Shown here in pieces: positions 12,059-22,302 of a stretch of DNA of 64,000 bases; the stretch's first letter is position 1; the number at the start of each line of letters is the position of its first letter. The notes under the pieces were generated by a model. It was not told the origin of the DNA. It ran no database searches and saw nothing but the letters and a program-made list of their open reading frames with translations. Position numbers and translations under genes: made by a program. Source of the DNA: a virus (taxonomy: Duplodnaviria > Caudoviricetes); IMG/VR virus record IMGVR_UViG_3300022601_000013; one strand, 5' to 3'.

Positions 12059-12094
12059 TATTAAGAGGGGAAATCTCCCCTCTTAATAGTTTTT
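12059..12094 (+). terminator. intrinsic terminator-like hairpin after TMP
   Basis: attaagagggga-aatc-tcccctcttaat followed by a T-rich tract. Confidence 0.75.
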
Positions 12095-12114
12095 ATAGAA
12101 AGGTGTGATATTTT

Positions 12115-13077
12115 ATGAGCAGCTACCACTCAAGTTTTACTTATCTTGGGAAAAATTCTATGGAAGATTACGGCTTGATTATAACGCATTTAGATAATTA
12201 TGATAATGGCGAAGTAGATAGTTTTTTATCATTAGACCCAGTTTATCGTGATTCTTATAGGGGAACAAAAAGAACATTATATGGAACAAAATACAACAGT
12301 GTAATTTTATTAAACATTACAGTTATAAATATGGACAAAAGCGAATTTACACCAGAACAAACTCGTTCTGTTAATAGATGGCTAACTGGCTCGCAGCAAT
12401 ATACGTGGATGGATTTATATCAAGGTGAAGAAGCACAATATAGATTGCATTGCTATGTAAAAGATGTTAAGCCGTACAAAATGGATTCTCGTATTATAGG
12501 ATTTAATATTTATATAGAATCAAGCTCTCCGTGGTGTTATAGTCAGCCACAAAAAGAAACAATTCAGATTGCTGGTACAACAACATTTGAATTACAATGT
12601 GAAACTGATGATGTTTATAGTTATGTCCCTTTGAGAGCTATATTTAAAAAAAGCACAGCTGCAACTGTATCTGGCAATGGTGACGTGGTAACTGTTAACT
12701 CTGCGTCATTGGTGTATGATGAACCTCAAGATGTTGTTAAGCTTACAGATGGAGAGGTTATATACAATCCAAGTACTGGATATATAACTATAGAAAATAA
12801 TGCATTAAAAATTATAAACAAATCAATAAGCAACGAAACTACAATTGTAAACAATTTATTAGGCGGTGAGATTGTTACTTTAACAGAAAATATGACAATA
12901 CAATCTGATAATAATAATCGTATTTTTGGAGATGATTTCAATTATACATGGCCAAGAATGAGACACGGTGTAAATGAATTTGAAGTGTCAGGAGATGGAG
13001 ATTTAACATTTGAGTATATCGTTCCAATTAAAGTTGTGGATTGTGTTGATAAATATGTTGATAACAATTGCGAATAA
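12115..13077 (+). CDS. distal tail protein (Dit)-like
   Basis: Directly after TMP; N-terminal FTYLGKNSMEDYGL and C-terminal WPRMRHGVNEFEVSG are typical of siphophage Dit. Confidence 0.75.
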   Translation: MSSYHSSFTYLGKNSMEDYGLIITHLDNYDNGEVDSFLSLDPVYRDSYRGTKRTLYGTKYNSVILLNITVINMDKSEFTPEQTRSVNRWLTGSQQYTWMDLYQGEEAQYRLHCYVKDVKPYKMDSRIIGFNIYIESSSPWCYSQPQKETIQIAGTTTFELQCETDDVYSYVPLRAIFKKSTAATVSGNGDVVTVNSASLVYDEPQDVVKLTDGEVIYNPSTGYITIENNALKIINKSISNETTIVNNLLGGEIVTLTENMTIQSDNNNRIFGDDFNYTWPRMRHGVNEFEVSGDGDLTFEYIVPIKVVDCVDKYVDNNCE

Positions 13078-13119
13078 ACAATTAATAACAAATTAATATT
13101 TTAGTTAGGAGGGTGTTAA

Positions 13120-16100
13120 ATGAAACTACCTCGTGATTTATTATCTGGGAAATATATAGCTCCCAGATTTTTTTTATGCGAAACAGATAAAACAAAAATA
13201 TGTCAGTTAGACGTATATAATGCTAACGGCACATTCAAATTTAATTCTTTGTCAGAAATTTCATTTAAAGTTGATAGAACATATAATGATTTTTTGGAAG
13301 GACAAAATAAAGTAAATCCATTTTATAACAAAATAGAAGCACTAAGATTAATTTTTGTAGAGGGTTTTGGGTATTTTGAAATACAAGGGCCAAAAGTATC
13401 GAGTGACGGTATACAAGAAACAAAAGAAATTACAGCATATTCATTAGAGTATACGTTGTCGCAAAAATATCTGTCAAACTTTTATATAAATACTGGAGAA
13501 ATCGGATCTGTTGAAGTAACTTATTCAGAGGAGCATAATACTGGTATAATTCCAGTTACATTATATAATCCTACAATGCCTCAATTAAGTTTGTTAAATT
13601 TAATTTTAGAAAAAGTATACGGTTGGTCAATAGGTCATGTTGATGAGCAATTGAAAACACTTGGTAGAACATTTGAGGTGGATAGGCAATCCATATATGA
13701 TTTTATTATGAATGAAATATGCAGCAAGTTTAACTGCTATGTTGTATTTGATACTATAAATAATACAATAAATTTTTACGCAGAATCTTCTGTTGCCAAA
13801 TTTATTGGAGATGGAGATACAAATACTTTTATTATTTCTCCTCCATTCTATGATGTAGATACTGTTTCTATAGATGGATATAAAACAACGCAATGGAGCT
13901 ACAATGCATCAACTGGTGCTATAACATTTATAAATACTCCATCAGAAGGCTCGCATATTGAAGTTGTAGATAAATCTTTAAAACCTTGGGAAACAGATGT
14001 ATGTGTATCATTTGAAAATCTTTCGGACACGATAGACATATCTTATGACGCAGATGATATAAAAACTGTATTAACAGTAACATATGGAGAAGATAATGAT
14101 ATACGAGAAGCAAATCTTGGTCTGCCATATTTAACTGATATTTCTTATTATTATACAGTTGATTGGATGGGGCAAGAGTTATATGATGCCTATACATTGT
14201 ATTTACAAAAAAGTAACGCTGCTCAATTAACATACACAAAAAACTCAGAAATGATGCAAGACCTTGCAGGATATATTGATTTTGAACAACACAGATTGTC
14301 TTTAGGTTATGCAATTTCTCAAGTTAGTAGTACAACAGTAGGAACGTATTATGTTAAAGGTGGTATTGAGCCACAATATTATTATACAGAAGTATCTTTA
14401 CCATCAGATTATAATGCTAATTTAGAATATTATAGAATTGACACGGCAAATCTTTCAGAAACAAAAGTATCAGATTTATATAATGTTTTTAAAGAATATT
14501 TTTCTGCAGGAACAAACACTGAACTTGAGAAAAAATGGTTAGATGACTATAACGCACTTGCTAATGATTTTAAATTTATGGAAAGTAATTTTGAAGCATT
14601 AAAAGGTGCATTAGTATCTGTACTTCCTAATAACAGAACAAATAATAGAACGGTAGAAGCAGCTATGTCATCATTTTTAAACATAATGTGGAATGAGGTT
14701 GGGAAAGAACCATTAAAATCTTTATACTATGAAACATACAAAAAGGTTCAGGTAACAAACTTGGATGCTGGATGGTCGAATCAAACCAATGAAAACTATC
14801 CTAATTATTATCCAGTTACAATTATGTTAAAGTCAATAGAAAAAGCAATACAGGATAGAGATTTATTAATATCAGAATACCAAAACCAATATAATGATGT
14901 TCAACAAGAAAATATTGAAATATCAAACAGTTTATTATTAAGCAACAACTTTACAGAAAAACAATTAGTAAGATTGAACTCTTTTTTAAGAGAGGACGAA
15001 TTAAAGGTTGAAGATATTGTTGAAACAGAATTAGACAACATATTAGATACATTTAAAAATAAACAACACGCAATGGAAGCTGGTAGAATAGAATTACAAA
15101 AAATATCAGAACCAAAACTGAGCTTTTCTATGACAATGGCAAACATTTATGCTATTCCAGAGTTTGAACCAATTATACATCAGTTCCAGCTTGGAAATGT
15201 TGTAAAGGTTAAACTAAGAGATGATTATATAAAACAATCAAGATTATTACAAGTTGATATTAATTTTGATAATTTGGATGATTTTTCTGCAACTTTTGGA
15301 GACCTTACAAATCTTAGAACACAATCTGATATACACGCAGACTTATTAGCAAGTGCTATAAATGCTGGTAAACAAGTCGCTACCAACTCATCTTACTGGA
15401 CTAAAGGTACAGATAAGGCAAATTCGATTGACTTAAGGTTACAACAAGGCTTGTTAGATACTGTTGAAGCTCTTAAGGCAACAGACGGAACACAAAACTC
15501 TTATATAGATAAATATGGATTGCACTTAGAGTCAGTAGACCCATCAACTGGAGAAGTTAGTCCTAAAAAAGTATGGATGGTAAATGATAAGATTGTTTTT
15601 ACTGATGATGATTTTAGAACATCAAAATCAGTTCTTGGCGAGTATACGATTGATGGAGAAAGCCGTTGGGGACTTATAACTGAATATGTAAATGCTGGTC
15701 TTGTAGAAGGCTCAAAAATGATTGGCGGTACTATTAAAATTGGCGAACAGGCTGATGGCTCGTTTGCTTTTGAGGTACATGAAGATGGTTCTGTTACTAT
15801 GGGAGCAGGAGATCTCGATGGGTATGTTACACAGGATGAGTTTAATTCTGTAGCCGAATTCGAAAAGAGTCTTGGTCAGTATTTAAAATTTGATCCAACG
15901 ACTGGATTAAAAATAGGACAAGATGATGAAAAGTTTTATGTGCTTATAACCGCTGGTGAAATGGGGTTTTACGACAATAGTAATTCAACAAAGCCAAACG
16001 ATAAGGTTGTATCTATTGGTAGTAATTCTGCTACTATTAAAGATCTAAAAGTAGAAGATGAAGCTTCTTTTAATTGCCCTACGTCGTTTGGAGATGAAAT

Positions 16101-16170
16101 AAAACTTTTTGGAAATTTTGTTTTAAAAAAAGAAGATGACGGTGGTATGTCATTAATTATTGCTAAATAA
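13120..16170 (+). CDS. tail-associated (Tal/baseplate hub-like) minor structural protein
   Basis: TMP-Dit-Tal synteny; LGNVVKV...RLLQVDINF...ATFG motif; beta-rich C-terminus. Confidence 0.7.
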   Translation: MKLPRDLLSGKYIAPRFFLCETDKTKICQLDVYNANGTFKFNSLSEISFKVDRTYNDFLEGQNKVNPFYNKIEALRLIFVEGFGYFEIQGPKVSSDGIQETKEITAYSLEYTLSQKYLSNFYINTGEIGSVEVTYSEEHNTGIIPVTLYNPTMPQLSLLNLILEKVYGWSIGHVDEQLKTLGRTFEVDRQSIYDFIMNEICSKFNCYVVFDTINNTINFYAESSVAKFIGDGDTNTFIISPPFYDVDTVSIDGYKTTQWSYNASTGAITFINTPSEGSHIEVVDKSLKPWETDVCVSFENLSDTIDISYDADDIKTVLTVTYGEDNDIREANLGLPYLTDISYYYTVDWMGQELYDAYTLYLQKSNAAQLTYTKNSEMMQDLAGYIDFEQHRLSLGYAISQVSSTTVGTYYVKGGIEPQYYYTEVSLPSDYNANLEYYRIDTANLSETKVSDLYNVFKEYFSAGTNTELEKKWLDDYNALANDFKFMESNFEALKGALVSVLPNNRTNNRTVEAAMSSFLNIMWNEVGKEPLKSLYYETYKKVQVTNLDAGWSNQTNENYPNYYPVTIMLKSIEKAIQDRDLLISEYQNQYNDVQQENIEISNSLLLSNNFTEKQLVRLNSFLREDELKVEDIVETELDNILDTFKNKQHAMEAGRIELQKISEPKLSFSMTMANIYAIPEFEPIIHQFQLGNVVKVKLRDDYIKQSRLLQVDINFDNLDDFSATFGDLTNLRTQSDIHADLLASAINAGKQVATNSSYWTKGTDKANSIDLRLQQGLLDTVEALKATDGTQNSYIDKYGLHLESVDPSTGEVSPKKVWMVNDKIVFTDDDFRTSKSVLGEYTIDGESRWGLITEYVNAGLVEGSKMIGGTIKIGEQADGSFAFEVHEDGSVTMGAGDLDGYVTQDEFNSVAEFEKSLGQYLKFDPTTGLKIGQDDEKFYVLITAGEMGFYDNSNSTKPNDKVVSIGSNSATIKDLKVEDEASFNCPTSFGDEIKLFGNFVLKKEDDGGMSLIIAK

Positions 16171-16186
16171 AAAAGGGGGTAAATAT

Positions 16187-18286
16187 ATGGCATTAAGCGG
16201 AACGTTTTCTAATAAATGGAAAGGATATACATATCAAATTAGTTGGTCTGCAACGCAAAGTGCTGCCAATAATACCAGTACAATTACGTGTGTACACAGA
16301 TTAATTTGTGATTCTACATGGGCATTATATATTGATGGAAGAACTATAACTTGTACTGTTAACTCTGTAAGTAAAACTGTTTCAGCAAGTGCTGTTAGTA
16401 CAGGTGGTGGTTCTACCATAAATCTGGGAACTACTACACATACAGTAACTCATGCATCAAATGGTACTGGTAGTTTTTCTTTAAGCAGTGTGTACCCAAT
16501 ACAGGCAACAATACAGGGTACATATCAAGCGAGCATTTCTGTATCTGGTAGTGCAACACTTAATACGATACCACGAAGCTCAAGTATGACTTTTCCTGAG
16601 TTTACAATGGGGTCTGCGAGCACTATGACAATTAGCGGAGTATCAGGTTTTACTCATACAATTACATATGCTTTTGGAAACAAATCTGGCACTATTGTTA
16701 CCAAAACTTCTAATACAAGTGTAAGCTGGACTCCTCCATTAAATGACTTAGCAGGACAGATTCCAAATAGTACGAGAGGGGCTGGTACATTAACTTTAAT
16801 CACATATTCTGGAAATACAGAAATTGGTAGAAGAAACTATACATTTTATTGTAATGTGCCAAGTAGTGTTGTTCCAACAGTAGGGACAATTACATTAACT
16901 CCAGACACTATTAATGGCAATAAAATATTAGTACAAAATAAAAATAAACTAACTATTAGTGTTGCAGGATCTTCTGCTGGTACAGGTAGTACTATAAAAT
17001 CATATACGTTTACTGGTGCTGGAATATCTACAACTACAACAAGCTCAACCGCAGTTATAAATTCAGTATCAAGTAGTGGAACTTTGACATATACAGTAAA
17101 TGTAACAGATTCAAGAGGCAGAACGGCATCTAAAACATCAACAGTAACATGTTATGGATATAATGTACCATCTTTTAGTACTTTTGAAATTAGTAGAGAT
17201 AGTAGTAATAATATTAAATGTAATTACAAAGTATCATACTCATCTGTTAACAACACTAATAAGATTACAGTAAAATTTTATTATAAAAAAGCATCAAGTA
17301 GTAGTTGGACTGCAGTCACAACTACTTTAGCTGACGCTGAAAAAACTGGATATACAATATTGTCAAATGCAAGCGACGAAGTTTACAATGCATATGCCAC
17401 AGTAACTGATTCTTATGGTGCATCTATTTCTTCAAGCACACAAACTGTTTTTGGTAGTGCAAGAATTATTAATGTCCCTCAAGGTGGTAATGGCGTTTCC
17501 ATTGGAAGAAAGTCAACAATAACAAGCACCACTGCAGCAGGAAAGTTTGAGGTAGGTTGGGATGCAACTTTTGATAAAGATGTTAATATAGGCGAGAATG
17601 CAACTGTCAATGGTAACGCTACTATTAAAGGAACTGCAGCAATTACTGGCAACGTAACAATGAGTGGTATATTAACAACCACTGGTGCAGTTAATATAAA
17701 AAATAATATTAATATGGGTGGTCTTAACGGGCAGACAGGAGAACTACAAATAAAATTTTCTAATCCAGAAACATCTACAAACCCACACAACTCATATTTA
17801 TATGGTGGAAATCCTAAGAGTACAACTGCAATTGGATGTTATGATGGTAAATATGGTAGAACTATTTGGAGCTATAATGACACAAACAATACAATATCTT
17901 TTGGTAATGGTAGTACTAAAATATATTTTAATGGCAATGGTCTTTCAAATTTAATAATCGAAGATGGCTCGCAGGGAGATTGGCAGTATAGAAAATGGTC
18001 TAATGGTAGAGCAGAATGTTGGCGTGTTGTTAGCGTAAATCCAACAAATTTAAATAATGGTGTAAATACTATATCTATGGATCTTCCATTTACATTTGCT
18101 GGTTCGGATTATAGTATTCAAATTACTCCAGCTAAAACTGGACATTATATAAGTGGTGTAGGTGATTGTAACGCAAGTGGAAGTGTTACACATTCAAATA
18201 CTTCTTTTACGATTTGCTACAGATACAATTATAGTACTGCATATACTGTAAGTTTTAATATTACTATTAATGGCAGGTGGAAATAA
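16187..18286 (+). CDS. tail fibre / receptor-binding minor structural protein (DUF859-like)
   Basis: MALSG start after GGGGG RBS; Ser/Thr-rich beta repeats, LNTIPRSS motif, C-terminal WQYRKWSNGRAECW...GRWK domain. Confidence 0.7.
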   Translation: MALSGTFSNKWKGYTYQISWSATQSAANNTSTITCVHRLICDSTWALYIDGRTITCTVNSVSKTVSASAVSTGGGSTINLGTTTHTVTHASNGTGSFSLSSVYPIQATIQGTYQASISVSGSATLNTIPRSSSMTFPEFTMGSASTMTISGVSGFTHTITYAFGNKSGTIVTKTSNTSVSWTPPLNDLAGQIPNSTRGAGTLTLITYSGNTEIGRRNYTFYCNVPSSVVPTVGTITLTPDTINGNKILVQNKNKLTISVAGSSAGTGSTIKSYTFTGAGISTTTTSSTAVINSVSSSGTLTYTVNVTDSRGRTASKTSTVTCYGYNVPSFSTFEISRDSSNNIKCNYKVSYSSVNNTNKITVKFYYKKASSSSWTAVTTTLADAEKTGYTILSNASDEVYNAYATVTDSYGASISSSTQTVFGSARIINVPQGGNGVSIGRKSTITSTTAAGKFEVGWDATFDKDVNIGENATVNGNATIKGTAAITGNVTMSGILTTTGAVNIKNNINMGGLNGQTGELQIKFSNPETSTNPHNSYLYGGNPKSTTAIGCYDGKYGRTIWSYNDTNNTISFGNGSTKIYFNGNGLSNLIIEDGSQGDWQYRKWSNGRAECWRVVSVNPTNLNNGVNTISMDLPFTFAGSDYSIQITPAKTGHYISGVGDCNASGSVTHSNTSFTICYRYNYSTAYTVSFNITINGRWK

Positions 18287-18288
18287 CT

Positions 18289-18324
18289 AAAGGGTTACGT
18301 TTGTTCGTAACCCTTATTTTTTTT
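18289..18324. terminator. bidirectional terminator
   Basis: aagggttacg-tttgtt-cgtaaccctt plus T tract, between convergent genes. Confidence 0.75.
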
Positions 18325-18457
18325 CAATATATTCCATTAGTATTTTGTTAACCAAACTATTGACTGTCCTGCCATCTTTTGTCGCCGCTATTTGTAATTG
18401 CAAATGCAAAGATATTGGAACTCTAATTGTCATTGTTTGTGTTGGCTCTTTTTTCAT
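18314..18457 (-). CDS. 47 aa ribbon-helix-helix (Arc/CopG-like) DNA-binding protein, absent from the ORF track
   Basis: MKKEPTQTMTIRVPISLHLQLQIAATKDGRTVNSLVNKILMEYIEKK; GAGGTGA RBS; own TTGACT-17-TATAAT promoter. Confidence 0.8.
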   Translation of the reverse strand: MKKEPTQTMTIRVPISLHLQLQIAATKDGRTVNSLVNKILMEYIEKK

Positions 18458-18474
18458 AATATCACCTCTGCTTT

Positions 18475-18537
18475 ATTATAATATAAAAATTTTCTTTAGT
18501 CAAAAGTGTTGACATTGAACACAAATGATATTATGAT
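18475..18537. promoter_or_regulatory. back-to-back sigmaA promoters (RHH gene and tubRZ)
   Basis: Minus: TTGACT 18503-18498, 17 bp, TATAAT 18480-18475. Plus: TTGACA 18509-18514, 17 bp, TATGAT 18532-18537. Confidence 0.7.
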
Positions 18538-18582
18538 TATAATAGAAAACGAACACAAACGAATGCAATTGAAAGAAGGGGA

Positions 18583-18843
18583 GTGGTCATAATGACACTT
18601 AATAGAACTCATATAGTTTTATTGTCAATTTTAGGAAAACTGCAAGCAACTTCTGCTGCTACTGCAATTACAACGGAAGAAATTGAAAAATTTTGTCCTT
18701 TAGGGAAAAGCTATACTACCCTACATAGAGCTATACGTGGTTTATGTTTAAATGGATATATAGCACAAGGAATAAAAGACGGAAAGTTTCAAACGCATTA
18801 TATTACAAAAGATGGATTAAAATTATTAGAGGAGGTAAAATAA
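18583..18843 (+). CDS. tubR: TubR-like winged-helix DNA-binding protein (start may be ATG 18592)
   Basis: wHTH pattern ending YITKDGLKLLEE; immediately upstream of tubZ. Confidence 0.65.
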   Translation: MVIMTLNRTHIVLLSILGKLQATSAATAITTEEIEKFCPLGKSYTTLHRAIRGLCLNGYIAQGIKDGKFQTHYITKDGLKLLEEVK

Positions 18844-18844
18844 T

Positions 18845-19861
18845 ATGAAAGAACAATTTGGAGTAATAGGTTTGGGTCAAGCTGGAGGTAATATTGCTAA
18901 TATATTTGAAGGTAAGGGTTATAACACTATATATGTAAATACAAGTTTAGAAGATTTAAACACCATTAAAGGTGTACACAAACTGCACGTAACTGGAGCT
19001 GATGGAGCTGCCAAGGATCGTAAAAAAGTATTGCAACTTGTAATGGAATCATTTGGCGATATAATTCAAAAAATAGAAAATGTAATTACACAAAAATATA
19101 TTATTGTTGTTTACAGCTCTTCTGGTGGTACTGGAAGTGGACTGTCTACTCCAATGCTGAAATACCTTACTCAGATTGGCAAGATATGCATTCCTGTAGT
19201 AATATTACCTGATGATACAGTCGAGTCTGCAAAAGCCTGTGAGAACGCATATAACGCATGTGTAGAATTAATGTCTATTCAAGGACTTGGTGCTACTTTT
19301 TTATTAGATAATTCACGAAACGATAAGTTTACTATCAATAACAAATTTGTATGTGAACTTGATTCTTTTATAAATATAAAAAATTCAAGTGTATATGGTA
19401 ATATAGATATGGCAGAACGCAAACAAATGTTATCTTGCCCAAACGTAGCTGTACTTAGTAAACTAAGCAAAACAAAAAGTACAGCCCCAGAAATTATAGA
19501 ATCATTATATAATGGAATTTATGCAGAGGTAGAAAGCAAAACTGCTTATTATTTAGGGATAAGTACATCTAACAAATCTCTTGATATTAATAGTGTAGTG
19601 TCTGCTATAGGTGGAGTTTATGATACATTTTCTGGTATATCAGAAGCTACAACTGTATCAATAATAACTGGGCTACAATTTCCACAAAAAAGAATTTTAA
19701 AATTTAAGAATAAATTTGAAGCAACTGTCAAGAATATAAATGGTAGCAACTTCATTCAAGACTTGACACCGTTAGAGCCACTAAAGGGGTTATCATTTAC
19801 AAGAGAGCAAGCTACGCCTACTAACCCAAGGGACTTGCTGATGATGTTATTAAATGGATAA
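18845..19861 (+). CDS. tubZ: tubulin/FtsZ-family GTPase TubZ
   Basis: GLGQAGGNIA and tubulin signature SGGTGSG; NIDMAE T7-like loop. Confidence 0.88.
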   Translation: MKEQFGVIGLGQAGGNIANIFEGKGYNTIYVNTSLEDLNTIKGVHKLHVTGADGAAKDRKKVLQLVMESFGDIIQKIENVITQKYIIVVYSSSGGTGSGLSTPMLKYLTQIGKICIPVVILPDDTVESAKACENAYNACVELMSIQGLGATFLLDNSRNDKFTINNKFVCELDSFINIKNSSVYGNIDMAERKQMLSCPNVAVLSKLSKTKSTAPEIIESLYNGIYAEVESKTAYYLGISTSNKSLDINSVVSAIGGVYDTFSGISEATTVSIITGLQFPQKRILKFKNKFEATVKNINGSNFIQDLTPLEPLKGLSFTREQATPTNPRDLLMMLLNG

Positions 19862-19863
19862 AA

Positions 19864-19899
19864 ATAAGGACTATCAATTACGATAGTCCTTATTTTTTT
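19864..19899 (+). terminator. intrinsic terminator after tubZ
   Basis: aataaggactatc-aattac-gatagtccttatt plus T tract. Confidence 0.8.
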
Positions 19900-20001
19900 A
19901 GCTATAATTACTCGCAATAATTATAGTATGCGTAAATAAAAAATACATGAATATTTTTCATATATATGATATCATATTTTATTTTATAATTCAACAAAAA
20001 T

Positions 20002-20022
20002 AAAAGAGCCAAAAGGCTCTTT
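20002..20022 (-). terminator. terminator after serine recombinase
   Basis: aaagagcc-aaaa-ggctcttt with a U-rich tract on the minus strand. Confidence 0.6.
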
Positions 20023-21996
20023 CTAATACTTTTTATATTTAGGTTTTATATCCTTATACCATTTGCATATTTTGTGCAAGAATTGGATAGTCACACTAAG
20101 TTCAACAACCCTTCTGGAGTATGATAGAACCGTGTTATTTTCTACTGCTTGTTTTAAGTTATCAGCATTTACAACAATACAACCTTTACGAGAAGCTATT
20201 TGTTGCAGATACCCAGCAGTTATCATATTGTCGTACAATTTAGAAAATATATGTGTGTCAAATCTAACTCCTTGTGCCCTTATATATGCTTCACACTTCT
20301 TTTTTACGATGGTTTGGTTTGCATGTAATTCTAAATATTGTATCATTTTTTTTACAATCGCTTCTTTGTTTGCATTTTTAAATTGAATGTAATTTGTACA
20401 CAGTTCGTGCAAGTCGCCCTTTAAAAATATGTCCATTCCCTCATCTTCGTGAACAATAATTTTTTCTACTATAGTTTCAATATGTCTACGTTTTAATGTT
20501 TTGTTTGCTATAATTTCATCAAAGATTTGTAATACTGATGTAAGTTCTTTTTTTAAATCAATATCTTGTATAACTTCTTCTTCAATATCGTTTAATCTTG
20601 TTAAAATTGATTGTAATTCGGTATATTTGTCGTTTATCATCTTTAAATATGTTTTATCCATAAATTCTTTCATTGCACGATCTGACATACTTTCGTGCAT
20701 CCTTTGTTCTATTAACATTTCAATTTCTTTTTCTATTCTATTTTTATCTTTGTGTAATATTTCAAAATTATTTTTTTGGTAGTCTTTCATTTTATTTTTT
20801 GATTCAAGCTTTAAATCTGTAATAGCTTCTGATAAATTATTTCTACAATGCTCTAAAAAGTAAATTAAGGCAGTTGTAAGATGCTCATCGTTTGTTGAGT
20901 GACTTGTACAATAGTCCGTGCCCATCATATGATATTTGCGACATACATATCTTTGAGTTTTAGCACTTCTACTTGGTGTTAACCTTGTTCCACAATCTGC
21001 ACAAAATAATTTGCCAGCGAATACAGTTGGTCCTTTTTCTGAGCTTCGATAATTTGAATGAGTTCTTTCTGCTAAAATTTCTTGAGCAAGTTTAAATGTT
21101 TGTTTATCAATAATCGGCTCGTGGACATCTTCGAATCTTATTAAATCTTCTTCTTTTTGTTTTATAACTTTCCCATTTATTGTTCTTCTTTTACTTTTCC
21201 CCAGAGTAAGAACACCTATGTAAAAATCATTTCTGAGTATTTTTAATATAATAGCTTGACTCCAAATGGTATTAGATACATCTTTTTTATAAACACGCCC
21301 AAGCCTCTCCATTTTTAATTTTAAATTTTGAGTGCAAGTTGGGACTTGACGTTCAGTTAATATCCTTGCTATTGCTTTTGCTCCATAGCCGTTTAAATAC
21401 ATATCAAATATTTCTTGAACATAAATTGCACAAGTTTTGTCTACATAATACTTTCCTTTTACAAAAGGATCTAATTCATATCCATATGGAACTTGAGAGA
21501 TATATCTTCCCTCTTTTTGCATTCTTTCAATTGCAGCTCTTATATTTTTACTTGTATCTCTAATATATTTTTCATTTACCCAAGTATTAATACCAACCAT
21601 ATCATGGGTACGCTCGTCGAAAGTATCATAACCATCACTAATTGTTATTACTCTATTTCCATCTTCTTGAATGTTTTCTAAAAATAAATTAACTTTAGAG
21701 CCCCTTCTTCCTATACGTGATAAATGTTTTGCAATAATAACTTTAACCTTGCCGTTATTTAAGTCATTTTTTAATTCGTTAAAACCAGGTCTGTCCATAG
21801 AATATCCGCTATATCCATCATCTATATACCAATTTGTAATTACAAACCCGTTTTTAGATGCCCAATCATCTATAATAGCTCTTTGATTTGTTATCGAAGT
21901 ACTTTCATCTTCTCCATCGTCTTTTGATAAACGCAAGTATCCAACCGCATCTATTAATTCTTGTTGTAATAGTTGTTCTATTTTTTTATTTTTCAT
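20023..21996 (-). CDS. large serine recombinase / integrase
   Basis: YLRLSKDD catalytic Ser, DDGYSG, RPGF, LSRIGR, PYGY, zinc ribbon CADCG...YVC...C, coiled coil. Confidence 0.92.
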   Translation of the reverse strand: MKNKKIEQLLQQELIDAVGYLRLSKDDGEDESTSITNQRAIIDDWASKNGFVITNWYIDDGYSGYSMDRPGFNELKNDLNNGKVKVIIAKHLSRIGRRGSKVNLFLENIQEDGNRVITISDGYDTFDERTHDMVGINTWVNEKYIRDTSKNIRAAIERMQKEGRYISQVPYGYELDPFVKGKYYVDKTCAIYVQEIFDMYLNGYGAKAIARILTERQVPTCTQNLKLKMERLGRVYKKDVSNTIWSQAIILKILRNDFYIGVLTLGKSKRRTINGKVIKQKEEDLIRFEDVHEPIIDKQTFKLAQEILAERTHSNYRSSEKGPTVFAGKLFCADCGTRLTPSRSAKTQRYVCRKYHMMGTDYCTSHSTNDEHLTTALIYFLEHCRNNLSEAITDLKLESKNKMKDYQKNNFEILHKDKNRIEKEIEMLIEQRMHESMSDRAMKEFMDKTYLKMINDKYTELQSILTRLNDIEEEVIQDIDLKKELTSVLQIFDEIIANKTLKRRHIETIVEKIIVHEDEGMDIFLKGDLHELCTNYIQFKNANKEAIVKKMIQYLELHANQTIVKKKCEAYIRAQGVRFDTHIFSKLYDNMITAGYLQQIASRKGCIVVNADNLKQAVENNTVLSYSRRVVELSVTIQFLHKICKWYKDIKPKYKKY

Positions 21997-22054
21997 ATCG
22001 TATACACCTCATTGTTATTTTTCTATATACCTTATTGTAACATGATATATATGA

Positions 22055-22219
22055 CTAATCAACATTTATAAGTTCTTCTAAACAATTTAATATCTTTCCT
22101 TTACCAGATATTATTAAAATCAGAGAAATATCTTTAGAATTAAATTCACTTCTTATTTTTTTTAAATCTTCTTGAGTTGTGTCGTTTGGTAAATATTTTA
22201 TAATTGCATCTTTTGTCAT
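22055..22219 (-). CDS. 54 aa small protein upstream of recombinase, absent from the ORF track
   Basis: MTKDAIIKYLPNDTTQEDLKKIRSEF...EELINVD with GGAGGT RBS. Confidence 0.65.
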   Translation of the reverse strand: MTKDAIIKYLPNDTTQEDLKKIRSEFNSKDISLILIISGKGKILNCLEELINVD

Positions 22220-22302
22220 AATACCTCCAAAAAAAATAAAGACCCTATAAGAAAATTACTCCCATAAGGTCTTTATATAGTTTTAAATTAATTTTGTATT
22301 GT

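Noticed and set aside
452-17790. Many short minus-strand and alternate-frame ORFs inside the tail genes
   Set aside because: Shadow ORFs of long coding frames with no recognisable domains
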